The notes under the pieces were generated by a model. That model searched no databases. It was given only the letters and a program-made list of their open reading frames with translations, and was not told the origin of the DNA. This document shows positions 52,706 through 64,000 of a DNA stretch of 64,000 nucleotides, piece after piece (positions within the stretch are counted from its first letter, which is position 1; the number at the start of each line of letters is the position of its first letter). Both the position numbers and the translations under genes were made by a program. Source of the stretch: Octopus vulgaris (lineage: Eukaryota); contig OX597823.1 of assembly GCA_951406725.2 (NCBI GenBank), forward strand, positions 54,870,001 through 54,934,000, read 5' to 3'.

Positions 52706-52800
52706 CACATATACATGTATATATGTGTATATATATATGTGTGTATATAATAATAAATATTAGGGAATAAATAATAGTGGTTTTGTCTCAAATTTATATA

Positions 52801-52856
<56 letters not shown>

Positions 52857-53485
52857 ATATATATATGTATGTATGTATGTATATATAGAGAGATAGATAG
52901 ATAGATAGATAGATAGGTAGATAGATAGATAGATAGAGATATCTACACATATAGATAAACATATATGTATATAGATATATATATAAATATATATTTATAT
53001 TGATATATATATATATATAAATATATCTATATATTGATATATCTATAAATACACACACACACACACATACATGTAAATATGTATGCATACATGTATGTGT
53101 ATATGTATATATTTATATTCATGCAAGCAAATGCACAAATTAAAAATTTTTTTTTTCTTCCTTCAAACCAATCAGGGAAATATGCACAAAGCAAGCACAA
53201 TGTATAAACTGAGATGCGTATTTAGTGTTTATCTGTTTCCCTGCCAATAGAAATGTGTATATAACTCTCGATATAAGCTGTATAACTACCTATCAATCTG
53301 CTTATCTTTCTCTCATCTCTTTCTCTTTCTCTTTCTCTACGTCTCTCATATATACACATACATGTCTATCTGTTCATTTCTCTGTCTGTCTATCTACCTG
53401 CCTGTCGGTCTGTGTGTTTGTTGGTTTTTATATCTATCTATCTAACTATCTATCTGTATATAACTGTCTATCTATTTTTTTGTTA

Positions 53486-53589
<104 letters not shown>

Positions 53590-53646
53590 GTCTGTCTGTC
53601 TGTCTGTCTGTCAGTCAATCAGTCTGTCCGTTGGTCTATCTATCTG

Positions 53647-53680
<34 letters not shown>

Positions 53681-53773
53681 CATCCATCCAACTGTCTGTC
53701 TGTCTGTTTGTCAGTCAATCAGTCTATCTATCTATCCATCCATCCATCCATCCATCCATCCATCCATCCATCC

Positions 53774-53817
<44 letters not shown>

Positions 53818-53826
53818 ATCTATCTA

Positions 53827-53895
<69 letters not shown>

Positions 53896-53914
53896 CCGTC
53901 CGTCTGTCCGTCTG

Positions 53915-54135
<221 letters not shown>

Positions 54136-54261
54136 CTGTCCGTCTGTCCGTCCGTCCATCTGTCCGTCTGTCTATCTGTCTATCTATCGTTCTAGCTATC
54201 TAGCTAACCCATCTTTCTGTCTATTTACCTCATCTTCCCTGTCTCATTCCCAATTTGTCTG

Positions 54262-54307
<46 letters not shown>

Positions 54308-54597
54308 CTTCCCCTTGCCATATCTTTGTATTCTGTCATTCTGAATGTGTTCATATTCTGGCACAAAACAATACTTCAGTTTCTCCTCAGTCAACCTTTA
54401 AAGAATGCTTGGAAATGAATGGAATTACTATAAGGAATGTGACACAATTAGCTCAAAAGATCTAGTCTTAAGGTATTTAACTGAGAAAAATAACAATAAA
54501 TGACATTAATAAGATAAGAAAGAACTACACACACACACACACGCACACACATACAACATTCTCCCCATATATGTATGTATACACACATACACACACA

Positions 54598-54636
<39 letters not shown>

Positions 54637-55184
54637 AAATAAAAATACATACATATACAAATATATATGTACGTGTACCTCTGTGTGTGTGTGTAACTGT
54701 ATGTGTGTGTGAGTGTGTATATATATATATATATATAGATATATCTGTATCTATATATGTATCTATATATATATATATATATGTGTGTGGGGGGGTATGT
54801 ATATATATATATATATATATATTACACACACACACATACGTATATAATCCTTTACTTATTTCATTTAATGGACTGTGGGCATGCAAATCATCCCCCCCCC
54901 CGGTACTTGATTTTGTTTTTAAGTCTTGTACATATTCTATCAGTCTCTTTTGACTAGCCACTAAGTTACAGGGACATAAACAAACCAACACCAGTTGTCA
55001 AACAATAATAAAGGACAAACTCATGCACACACACTCACCCACACGAGGAACTTCCAGTTTCTACCTATCAAGTATGCTCACAAAGCTTCGATTGGCCCAA
55101 GGTGCCACACATTGGCACTGAAAATGAAACCATGTGGTTGAGAAGCAAACTTGTTATCATACAGTTAAGCCTGGTCTGAGCCTT

Positions 55185-55346
55185 GGCAATTTCTTTTCCT
55201 TCTTAGGACTCTTCCCTTTCCTTTTCTTGATGAAGAGCTATGCTCAAAATGTCAAACTCTCCTTTTACCAAACATCAAGCTAATACATTCCTTGTGCATT
55301 TCCACCTATAGTCTATTAATTTTATTATTCGTTTATTTGAATTGAC

Positions 55347-55350
<4 letters not shown>
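55185..55350 (+). mobile_element. Degenerate copy of the hammerhead-bearing short element
   Basis: tttcTTGATGAAGAGCtatGCTCAAAATGTCaaa (55222-55256); ends in (TA)n. Confidence 0.5.
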
Positions 55351-55382
<32 letters not shown>

Positions 55383-55399
55383 AAATAAAATAAAATAAT

Positions 55400-55652
55400 A
55401 AAATGCGCCCTTTTTAAAGCCTAGCCAGGCTCATGGCCCCGGTTTCCCGGTTTCTATGGCATATGTGTTCCCCAGCTGGATGGGACGCCAGTCCATCGCA
55501 ACATTACTCATTTTTACCAGCTGAGTGGAGTGGAGAAACATGAAATGAAGTGTTTTGCTCAAGAACACAACACGTCGCCTGGTCCAATAATCGAAACCAT
55601 AATCTTACGATCATGGTGCTGACACCCTAACCACTAAGCCACGTGCCTCCAC
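55400..55652 (-). mobile_element. SINE family B copy
   Basis: Ends ctaaccactaagccacgtgcctccac on the + strand. Additional copy at ~22790-22985. Confidence 0.8.
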
Positions 55653-55677
55653 ACACACACACACACATATATATATA

Positions 55678-55816
55678 CTTTTATTAAAGCTGCAAAATGA
55701 TCACAAGACTGTTACTCAGAGTTTCACAATCCTGTGTTTATCACAACTGTCTGAGGGATGAGAACATGAAACTCTGGGTAACAGGTTTTGCAATAATTTT
55801 GCAGCTTTAGTAAAAG
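55678..55816. mobile_element. Palindromic (fold-back) element with hammerhead-like arms
   Basis: Arms cttttattaaagctgcaaaat/attttgcagctttagtaaaag and ctgttactcagagtttca/tgaaactctgggtaacag. The right arm reads ctgt-CTGAGGG-atg(agaa)cat-GAAA-ctctgggta-acag. Confidence 0.6.
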
Positions 55817-56010
55817 CAAAATATTCTCTCTTAGGTATTCAAGTACTATTTTTGTAACCTTGTTTTGCACTTATGTACTCACCTGTGTCTATGTGTGTAG
55901 ACATATATATATATATATATATATAATCATCGTTTAACGTCCGCTTTCCATGCTAGCATGGGTCGGACGATTTTGACTGAGGGCTGGCGAGCCAGATGGC
56001 TGAACCAGGC

Positions 56011-56059
<49 letters not shown>

Positions 56060-56145
56060 TATGTATATATAATTATGTATATGTATGTGTAAATCTATGT
56101 ATGTATGTATGTATGTATGTATGTATGTATCTATCTATCTATCTA

Positions 56146-56191
<46 letters not shown>

Positions 56192-56357
56192 TATAGACAT
56201 ATTTATTCATGACTGAGGCATAGGCTGTAGTTAACACATAGTTAGCATGCTTACTTCCTGATCATATGGATAGTTTTAGGTAGCACCTTGGCAAATGCCT
56301 TCTACAAAATGCTTGTGAGTGAATGTGGTAGATGGAAACAGAATGAAGCCTACCACG

Positions 56358-56413
<56 letters not shown>

Positions 56414-57319
56414 CATATATATATACACATGCATATATATGCATATATACACATATGTATAAAACATACATGAGTGTGATAGTGTCTCTTTGATGTGGTA
56501 TTGCGTGATAGTAGTATGCAAGCATCACTGTATTACAAGCAGCCTCCATTGTTTCCAGTTTTCTAGGTAAACATGTTTGGCCAGGCGAAAATATTACTGT
56601 AGATCGAAACCGGTGAGTACTAGCTATAAGAAAGCCGTCTGGCCATAGAAAATCTACCTCAATAAATTCCCTCCAGCTTAGGCAAGCATAGAATAGTGGA
56701 CATTAAGACGATGATGATGATGATGAAGATGATATAGATGTGTGTGTATGTGCATACATGCATACATACACACATATACACTCACTCACACACACATACC
56801 ACACTGTAAATAAACACCCACTCCATTATGTATGAGTGACGTCTCCATTACTTACATGTCAAGCTTTGATGACAGTATGATGTATGCACGTGCACCTCTC
56901 TTTTACACATCACTTCCAGTATCAGTTACCCAGCGTCGGTATCACTTCCACCACAATCACCAGCATCATTTGATGGCAACCTGCTACTAATAACCATATA
57001 ATCCACTACTACTTTCGCATGGTTAAGTGGTTGACAACTGAACCAGTCCACTATGGGGTTGGCTTAGCAAGGAAAGTGTATGGGTACTCAGTAGGATGAA
57101 AAACAAAACAAATCAAAGATGGATGAGCTCTTTGAGAACCAAAGGTACTTGCATGCTGCGAAGGAGATATTGCCACTAGGATTATTTAATCAAATGAAAT
57201 AATTGAATGAAATTTACTACATATGTTGACAAATCCCTTAACCTCTTGGGGGGGTCATTGGGGCACTGCAGTCATGCATCATATCTAGGATGAGAAAGCC
57301 TAACAGCATCTTTCCATGC

Positions 57320-57622
57320 TAAACTAATTTCTACAATTGACTGGACTAGAGCAATGTGAAAAGAAGTGTTTTGCTGAAAAGCAGAATGGATCACCCAGCC
57401 CAGGGATTGAAACCACTATCTTATGGTCATGAATCCAACACCCTAACCACTAAGCAATTTGCCTCCACTAGTGGTACTCATTTCTACAGCAGAGTGGACT
57501 AGAGCAACGTGAAGTGAGGTGTTTTGCTCAAGAACACAACACATTGCTCAGTCCAGGAATTGAAACCACAAACTTATGATTATGAGTCCAACACTTTAAC
57601 CACTAAGCCATGTGCCTCCACA
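57320..57622 (-). mobile_element. Two tandem SINE family B 5' halves
   Basis: Two ~150-bp units, each ending ctaaccactaagc....gcctccac. Confidence 0.75.
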
Positions 57623-57729
57623 ATTGATTTGTAGACAGCCACAGTCCTAAAAATCACAACTTCTATCCAGTCAAATAATATCTTCTAATTCTATGCCAAT
57701 CCTCAAATCTAAGAAAACTAGTTAGTCAC

Positions 57730-58078
57730 AAATTATTAACAGCCAAAGACAATTGCCAAATTTAAAAAAAACAAAAACTCCTAAGAAAGGCAAGATTCAC
57801 ATTAGCAGGGGAAGTAATGCAGGTAACGAAATATGAAAATCTTTGTTGCAGTACATGTGAGATGACTGAACAGGGTAAAATAAAAAGTTCAAGAATGGGA
57901 AGAAATTTTAGATGAATGCAAATATGAATTGCAAAACAAAAATATAACAATTACAACACATGTCCACAATGTAGTGAAAATTATATTGGTGAAACAGGAA
58001 CAGAATTAATAGACTGGGTCAGGGTGGATAAACAACCAAAGATCCATATGTCAGAAATGTTCCACGCAGAGATCATTC
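57730..58078 (+). mobile_element. Degenerate Penelope-like element, GIY-YIG endonuclease fragment
   Basis: Frameshifted translation INSQRQLPNLKK/LLRKARF...CSTC.../NANMNCKTKN/TCPQCSENYIGETGTELIDWVRVDKQ, typical of the PLE linker plus the YIGET motif. Confidence 0.75.
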
Positions 58079-58159
58079 ACTTATTTGTGTATCTTTCAGC
58101 CTTTTGGGGGGTCAATAAAATAAGCTCCAGATGAGCACTGGGATTGATGGTATTGACAT

Positions 58160-58392
58160 GAGGCGGTGAGCTGCCAGAAACGTTAGCACACCGGGCAAAA
58201 TGCTGAGTAGTATTTCGTCTGCTGTTACGTTGTGAGTTCAAATTCCGCTGAGGTCAACTTTGCCGTTCGTCCTTTCGGGGTTGATAAATTAAGTACCAGT
58301 TACACACTGGGGTCGATGTAATCAACTTAATCCCTTTGTCTGTCCTTGTTTGTTCACTCTATGTTTAGCCCCTTGTGGGTAGTAAAGAAATA
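58160..58392 (+). mobile_element. SINE family C copy nested in an older relative, 11-bp TSD
   Basis: TSD ggtattgacat at 58149-58159 and 58393-58403. Confidence 0.88.
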
Positions 58393-59154
58393 GGTATTGA
58401 CATAGCCTCTCCGCTAAAATTGCTTATATCTAAAAATACAAATTTAAGGCACGGATTTCAATGTACTATCAAGTAAATGACAATTGTTTTCACTATCTTT
58501 ATAACTTCAATATATATATTAAGTATTACATTTCTACAATTTCCAGTCTCTTAATTCAATGTATATATCAAGTGTTACGTTGTTAATTGTACATGCTGTG
58601 CCTTCAGCTTTATAATACAAAAATATGCTGCTCCTGTAGGCAATATGATAATGAAAGGCATACATGTGTGTTAAATTGTAGCTATTTTGCTTGTAATGAT
58701 TAAACTAATTTAGAAAGAGACATTTTATTCCAGGTATGTGTACAAAATAGTCATAAGGAAGAAATCGCAAGATTTAAACTGGAGTTGAATGACTCCAGAT
58801 TTAATTGTATCTCCTATTATTTTACTCTTACGTAATTATATATCATCTATATGTGTAATATATATGAGTGTATGTGTGTGTGTGTGTGTGTGTGTAAATA
58901 CAACTACATGAAATTAGAAATATGAGTGTCTGTTTTATTTAGATTTGGTGGCCTATATACATAGGTACAATGCATTCAATGCATTCAACTACATATGTAT
59001 ATATATATATATATATGTATCATCATCATTTAACGTCATATATATATATATATATATATATATGGCGGTGCCCCAGCATGGCCGCAGCTCATGAGCTGAA
59101 ACTGGAATCAATCAATCAATCAATCATATATATATATGTGTGTGTGTGTGTGTT

Positions 59155-59390
59155 GGGAGAGTTTACGAAAAAAACAAAAGATGAAGACAAGTGGTGTACA
59201 AAACAAACAGATGTATTATTATAACACTGGAATAGAAAAAGTCTTTTACGTTTTGAGCCTAAGCTCTTCTACAGAAAGGGACACAGAAAAAACAAGGAGA
59301 GAAACAAGGAGAAAAAAAGGAGAGAAAAAAGGAGAGCAAAAAAAAGAGAGAAAAAAGGAGGGTAAAAAAAGGAGAGAAAAAGGAGAGAAA
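59155..59390 (-). mobile_element. Copy of the hammerhead-bearing short element
   Basis: Minus strand reads ccctttCTGTAGAAGAGCttaGGCTCAAAACGTAaaagac (59242-59279); colinear with 23163-23372; flanked by microsatellite. Confidence 0.55.
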
Positions 59391-59474
<84 letters not shown>

Positions 59475-60894
59475 GTATGTTTGTGCATATATGAATATAT
59501 AAATGTATATATGAATCTGTATTTGTTCTTATTTCATTCCTCTTCTTTGTTGCCAGTCACCACTCCCACTGTTCTGTTTCCTATCACACCCAATATTGCT
59601 ATCCATCATCATTCTGTTTTCCATTTACACCTCTTGTGCTGTTTCTATTGAATCTCCTTACAAGCAATCATCATGCAGCTCTCTTTCTCTTTCTTCCTTT
59701 ACTTCCCTCTTCATCATTCTCTCAGTCTAACCACCCTGGTCCCCTTCTATTATATTGCTCTCTATCACCCTCTGGCCCTGCTCCTCTTTCATCACTCCAT
59801 CGTCTACCAGCCAGGAAGGACACAACTTATTGGTGTTGCTGAAAAAATGAATCGCATCAATGTAGAGCAGAGAGGGCTCTTTGGGCTTTGCTTGATATGA
59901 GACAATCTTTCTAGTGCTGGGCCTATGATAAAATGCATCTGATATATTTTGTAAAAGGCTACTTCTATCATACTTAATCTCTCAGTTTTACTCCTTCTCT
60001 CAACCAAAAGATCTTGTCTTGTGAGCTCACGGGTGCTGGTGCCATATAAAAAGCATCCATTTCCTTGTCACGTAGAAAGCACCCTTGCCAGTTCCACATA
60101 AAGGACCCATGCCAGTACCGTATTAAAAGCATCCAGTACACTCTGTAAATGGCTGGCATAGGGAACGGTATCCAGCTGTAAAAACTATGCCAAGACAGAT
60201 GACTGGAGCCTGATGCAGCCCCCTGTCTTACCAGTTCCTGTCAAACCATCCAGTCTATGACAGCAGACATGGAAAGTAGACATTAGATGATGATGATGAT
60301 GATGATTATAATGATGATGATGACGACGATACTAATACATGTACCAGACAAGTTTTGTGGAGTAGCTTAGTGGCTGTTTTGTTTTTTTAGATTCAGGTCA
60401 GTCCTTATTCAGTAAACACATAACCAAAGGGATTTTAGTTGTGGTCAATCCTATGTGACAGTGTACCCAGGAAAGACTACATTATCCAATGTCTCCTTTT
60501 TTTAATCGTTTAGATACCAACCCACCTGCGTCCACCCCTGGGTCAATGATAAAATCTTTCTATTTCAGAGAAATCTAAATTAAAATCTAAATTAATTGAA
60601 ACAAAAGCAGTGCATTTCTAAAGAAATAGGTTAAGAAAAGGAAAATATTGCAGCCTGTAGTATTAGCTTTGAAAGTTATATGCCTATTATTATGAACAGG
60701 TAGAGAGAAATGGAAGAAAGATATATAACCTGCGTTTGAGAATAAAATTATTTCCTTATCTGTATCTTTCAATACATATCAACGCTTCTAAAGAAAACTT
60801 TGTTTGTTAACTTTCAACATAAGTTGAATTTAATGTATGATAGCATCTTATAAAGCTAGATTTTTATGTCCTAAAATTGCAGAACTTGTTGATG

Positions 60895-60970
60895 GGCAGT
60901 TTAGCCTAATGGTAAAGCATTTGATGCGTAATCACAGGGATTAGAGTTTGAGTCTCAGTACTGGCTGCCA
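60895..60970 (+). pseudogene. Degenerate tRNA-like sequence (possibly Thr-CGT-derived)
   Basis: ggcagt..tagcctaatggtaa..ttga-tgcgtaa-tca..gagtttgagtctc..ggctgcca; the arms are imperfect. Confidence 0.35.
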
Positions 60971-61371
60971 ACAGATTTTTCTGCAAAATATGGATAGCTT
61001 ATTCTGTTCATGCTATATTATTAGCATTATCCAGCGTTTGAGAATAAAATTATTTCCTAATCCGTATATATCTATATATGTGTGTATGTCTTATCTCTGT
61101 GTTTATCCACTACCCCTGTTTGACAACTGATGTTGGTGTGTTTACATACGTGTGACTTAGCAGTTTGGCAAAAGGGATTAACAGAATAAGTACCAGGCTT
61201 AAATGAAAGAAATGAGTACTGGGGTTGAGTCAGTTAAATAAAAATTCTTCAAGGGGGTGTGCCCCAGCATTGCCGCAGTCTATGACTGAAACAAGTAAAA
61301 AAAGATAGAAAAACAATACTTGAATAATCACACAGAGCATTTTTTTATTGATTGTAAATAGGAAAATACAC

Positions 61372-61782
61372 AGGCGCAGGAGTGGCTGTGTGGTAAGTAG
61401 CTTGCTAACCAACCACATGGTTCCGGGTTCAGTCCCACTGCGTGGCACCTTGGGCAAGTGTCTTCTGCTATAGCCCCGGGCTGACCAATGCCTTGTGAGT
61501 GGATTTGGTAGATGGAAACTGAAAGAAGCCTGTCGTATATATGTATATATATATATGTGTATGTGTGTGTGTTTGTGTGTCTGTTTGTCCCCCTAGCATT
61601 GCTTGACAACCGATGCTGGTGTGTTTACGTCCCCGTCACTTAGCGGTTCGGCAAAAGAGACCGATAGAATAAGTACTGGGCTTACAAAGAATAAGTCCCA
61701 GGGTCGACTTGCTCGAATAAAGGCGGTGCTCCAGCATGGCCGCAGTCAAATGACTGAAACAAGTAAAAGAGTAAAAAGAGTA
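61372..61782 (+). mobile_element. SINE family A, young copy
   Basis: Near-identical to 2134-2555. Confidence 0.9.
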
Positions 61783-61844
61783 TAGTGAAAAACAAGTTGG
61801 TTGAGGATGATACATAGACGCGAGATTGAAACCTAGACAACAGA

Positions 61845-61847
61845 GTT

Positions 61848-61882
<35 letters not shown>

Positions 61883-62300
61883 TTTTTTTGTCTGATCTAG
61901 GAGTGAGGTAGGAAGAAGTACTAGGTCTGTTAATACCTTCCACAGTCACGATGAGTAAATGAGTAAATGAGATGCTTCAAATGGCAAGAGCAGAGTGTTT
62001 CTATGTATCAGGATGTCATTATGGAAGAAGTTTATCCTGAAAATCTCAGCCATTCCACATTTCAAAGGCAACGGAATGAAAGTGGTATGGAAGTGTTATT
62101 ATGAGATGATGTACAAACAACATAAACATAACAAAAAGCTATGAATATTTTATAAACAAGTGAGATTCTACCTCACGTGGAACAGGTGGACTTAGCTGTA
62201 GAGATTAGTGTGAACACTGTCAGACCGGAACTCAACGTAGAGTGAAGACAGGGAAAACTTGCATGTCTATAAGGAATTGTTACTGGCAGACGGAAAGCAT
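61845..62300 (-). mobile_element. Possible degenerate non-LTR 3' fragment with (TAAA)n tail
   Basis: Frameshifted TFIP/AFEMWNG resembles the SFIPRT..LWN motif of CR1/L2/Jockey-group ORF2 ends; (TTTA)n at 61848-61889. Confidence 0.3.
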
Positions 62301-62339
62301 TAGTCGTCCATATTGATAATATCACCATTCTGATTGATC

Positions 62340-62699
62340 TTTATCTTAATCATCATCATGATTATAATCATAATTATGATGATAATGGTGATAATGATGA
62401 TTATTATCATTGCCATCATCATCATCATCATCATCGTTGTTACTGTCACTGTTTTCATTATCATCGGCATTATTGCCACCATTGTCACCATTATCACTGC
62501 TACCACTTCCACCACAACCATCACCTTCACCACCACCAATACCACTATCATCGTTGTCATCGTCGTTGTCATCATCATCATCAACATCAACAACGCCATT
62601 TAAAAACATTTTCTTTTCAATGGATAGGATGGGTTTGATGTTTTGTATTCTTCTTTTCTCTTATTCTATATGTATGAGTGTGTCTACATACATACATAC

Positions 62700-62780
<81 letters not shown>

Positions 62781-62846
62781 TGTATGTATGTATGTATGTA
62801 TGTATGCATGCATGCATGCATGCATGTATGTATGTATGTATGTATG

Positions 62847-62877
<31 letters not shown>

Positions 62878-62985
62878 ATGTATGTATGTATGTATGTATG
62901 TGTGTGTGTGTGTGTGTACGTACGTACGTACGTATGTATGTATGTATGTATGTGTGTATGTATGTATGTGAGTGAATATGAATGT
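62340..62985. repeat. (ATC)n, (TA)n and (TATG)n microsatellites
   Basis: Direct inspection. Confidence 0.95.
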
Positions 62986-63262
62986 ATATATCTTCATGGC
63001 CACCCACTACTTAATGATGTTTATTGAGAGAGAAAAAAAAAGCCACTAAACAAACACATAGACAAACGAAGAATGAATAATGATTAAACACAATGAGCCA
63101 ATCAACAACTTATGCTAAACACCAATGATATATAGTTGGGATTGAATATGTTTGATATTAATACTCACACACACACATATATATATATGCACATAAACAC
63201 ATGCATGCACACAGACACATGCATGCACACACACGTGCATAAACACTTGCATGCACACATAT

Positions 63263-63293
<31 letters not shown>

Positions 63294-63786
63294 TGCACGC
63301 AAATCACCTGGATGATTCAGTGTAGTAACAAGCATAAATACGCCAAAACAATTCCAGCATTATATTTCGGTTTGTTCAGGTGGGCAGGGGTTGGAACAAA
63401 GCTTCCATAGGTTCTGTTACTGGTTACAAAGGATTGGTAGGTTAAAAGAAATCAACATAAGTATATATAAAGGTGTGGGCTTAGCCGCACGTACGGTTGA
63501 GAAGCTTGCTTTGTGACCGTGTGATTTCTCATTTAGTCTCACTACATGCCATGTTGGGCAAGTGTTTTCTGTTTTAGTCTTAGGCTGACCAATTCCTTCT
63601 GAATTGAAAACATGCCTGACCACGATGAAATACTATCTTGCTTGGTAACAGGTAAGTGTTGGTGACAGGAAGGGCATCTTCTGTCCAACTCATGCAAGCA
63701 TATAAACGGTAAATGTTGATGTTAAAATGATGGTGACGATTTTTATATATATATATATATATATATGTGTATACATACATACATAA

Positions 63787-64000
63787 GCATGGCTGTGTGG
63801 TAAGAAGCTTGCTTTTCAACCACATGATTCCAGATTCAGTCGCACTGCATGGAACCTTGGGCAAGTGTCTTCCACTATTGCCACGGGCTCACCAAAGCCT
63901 TGTGAGTGGATTTGGTATAAGTAAACTGAAAGTTATCGTTATGTGCGGGTGTGTTTGTGTCTGTGTTTGTCTCCCCACCATCGCTTGACAACCCATGCTG
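63787..64000 (+). mobile_element. SINE family A copy running off the window
   Basis: Head and body match the family. Confidence 0.8.

Overview
AT-rich, microsatellite-saturated animal genomic DNA. The SINE/LINE repertoire and repeat density point to an octopus genome (inference). Only one host exon is recognisable: a 1128-nt minus-strand exon (39675-40802) of a RhoGAP100F/Syd-1/SYDE-type synaptic RhoGAP, encoding the C2 domain and the start of the GAP domain. The rest looks like very long intron or flanking DNA. It holds a young 5'-truncated RTE-clade LINE with a PHD-like finger inside ORF2, a near-full-length mariner, HERO-like and Penelope GIY-YIG remnants, hAT/piggyBac/Tc1-type MITEs, a Helentron/DINE-like element and dozens of tRNA-derived SINEs. 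The most unusual signals are three. (1) About 14 type I hammerhead-ribozyme-like motifs from several unrelated short-element families, mostly antisense to the host gene, one directly behind a Penelope endonuclease remnant. (2) A tRNA-headed SINE carrying a hammerhead, an inverted copy of its own tail and a 12-bp TSD, i.e. a candidate Penelope-mobilised ribozyme SINE. (3) SINE insertions whose 5' junctions contain patches copied from neighbouring DNA. Nearly all other ORFs in the track are microsatellite translation artefacts. All assignments were made by eye, without database searches.
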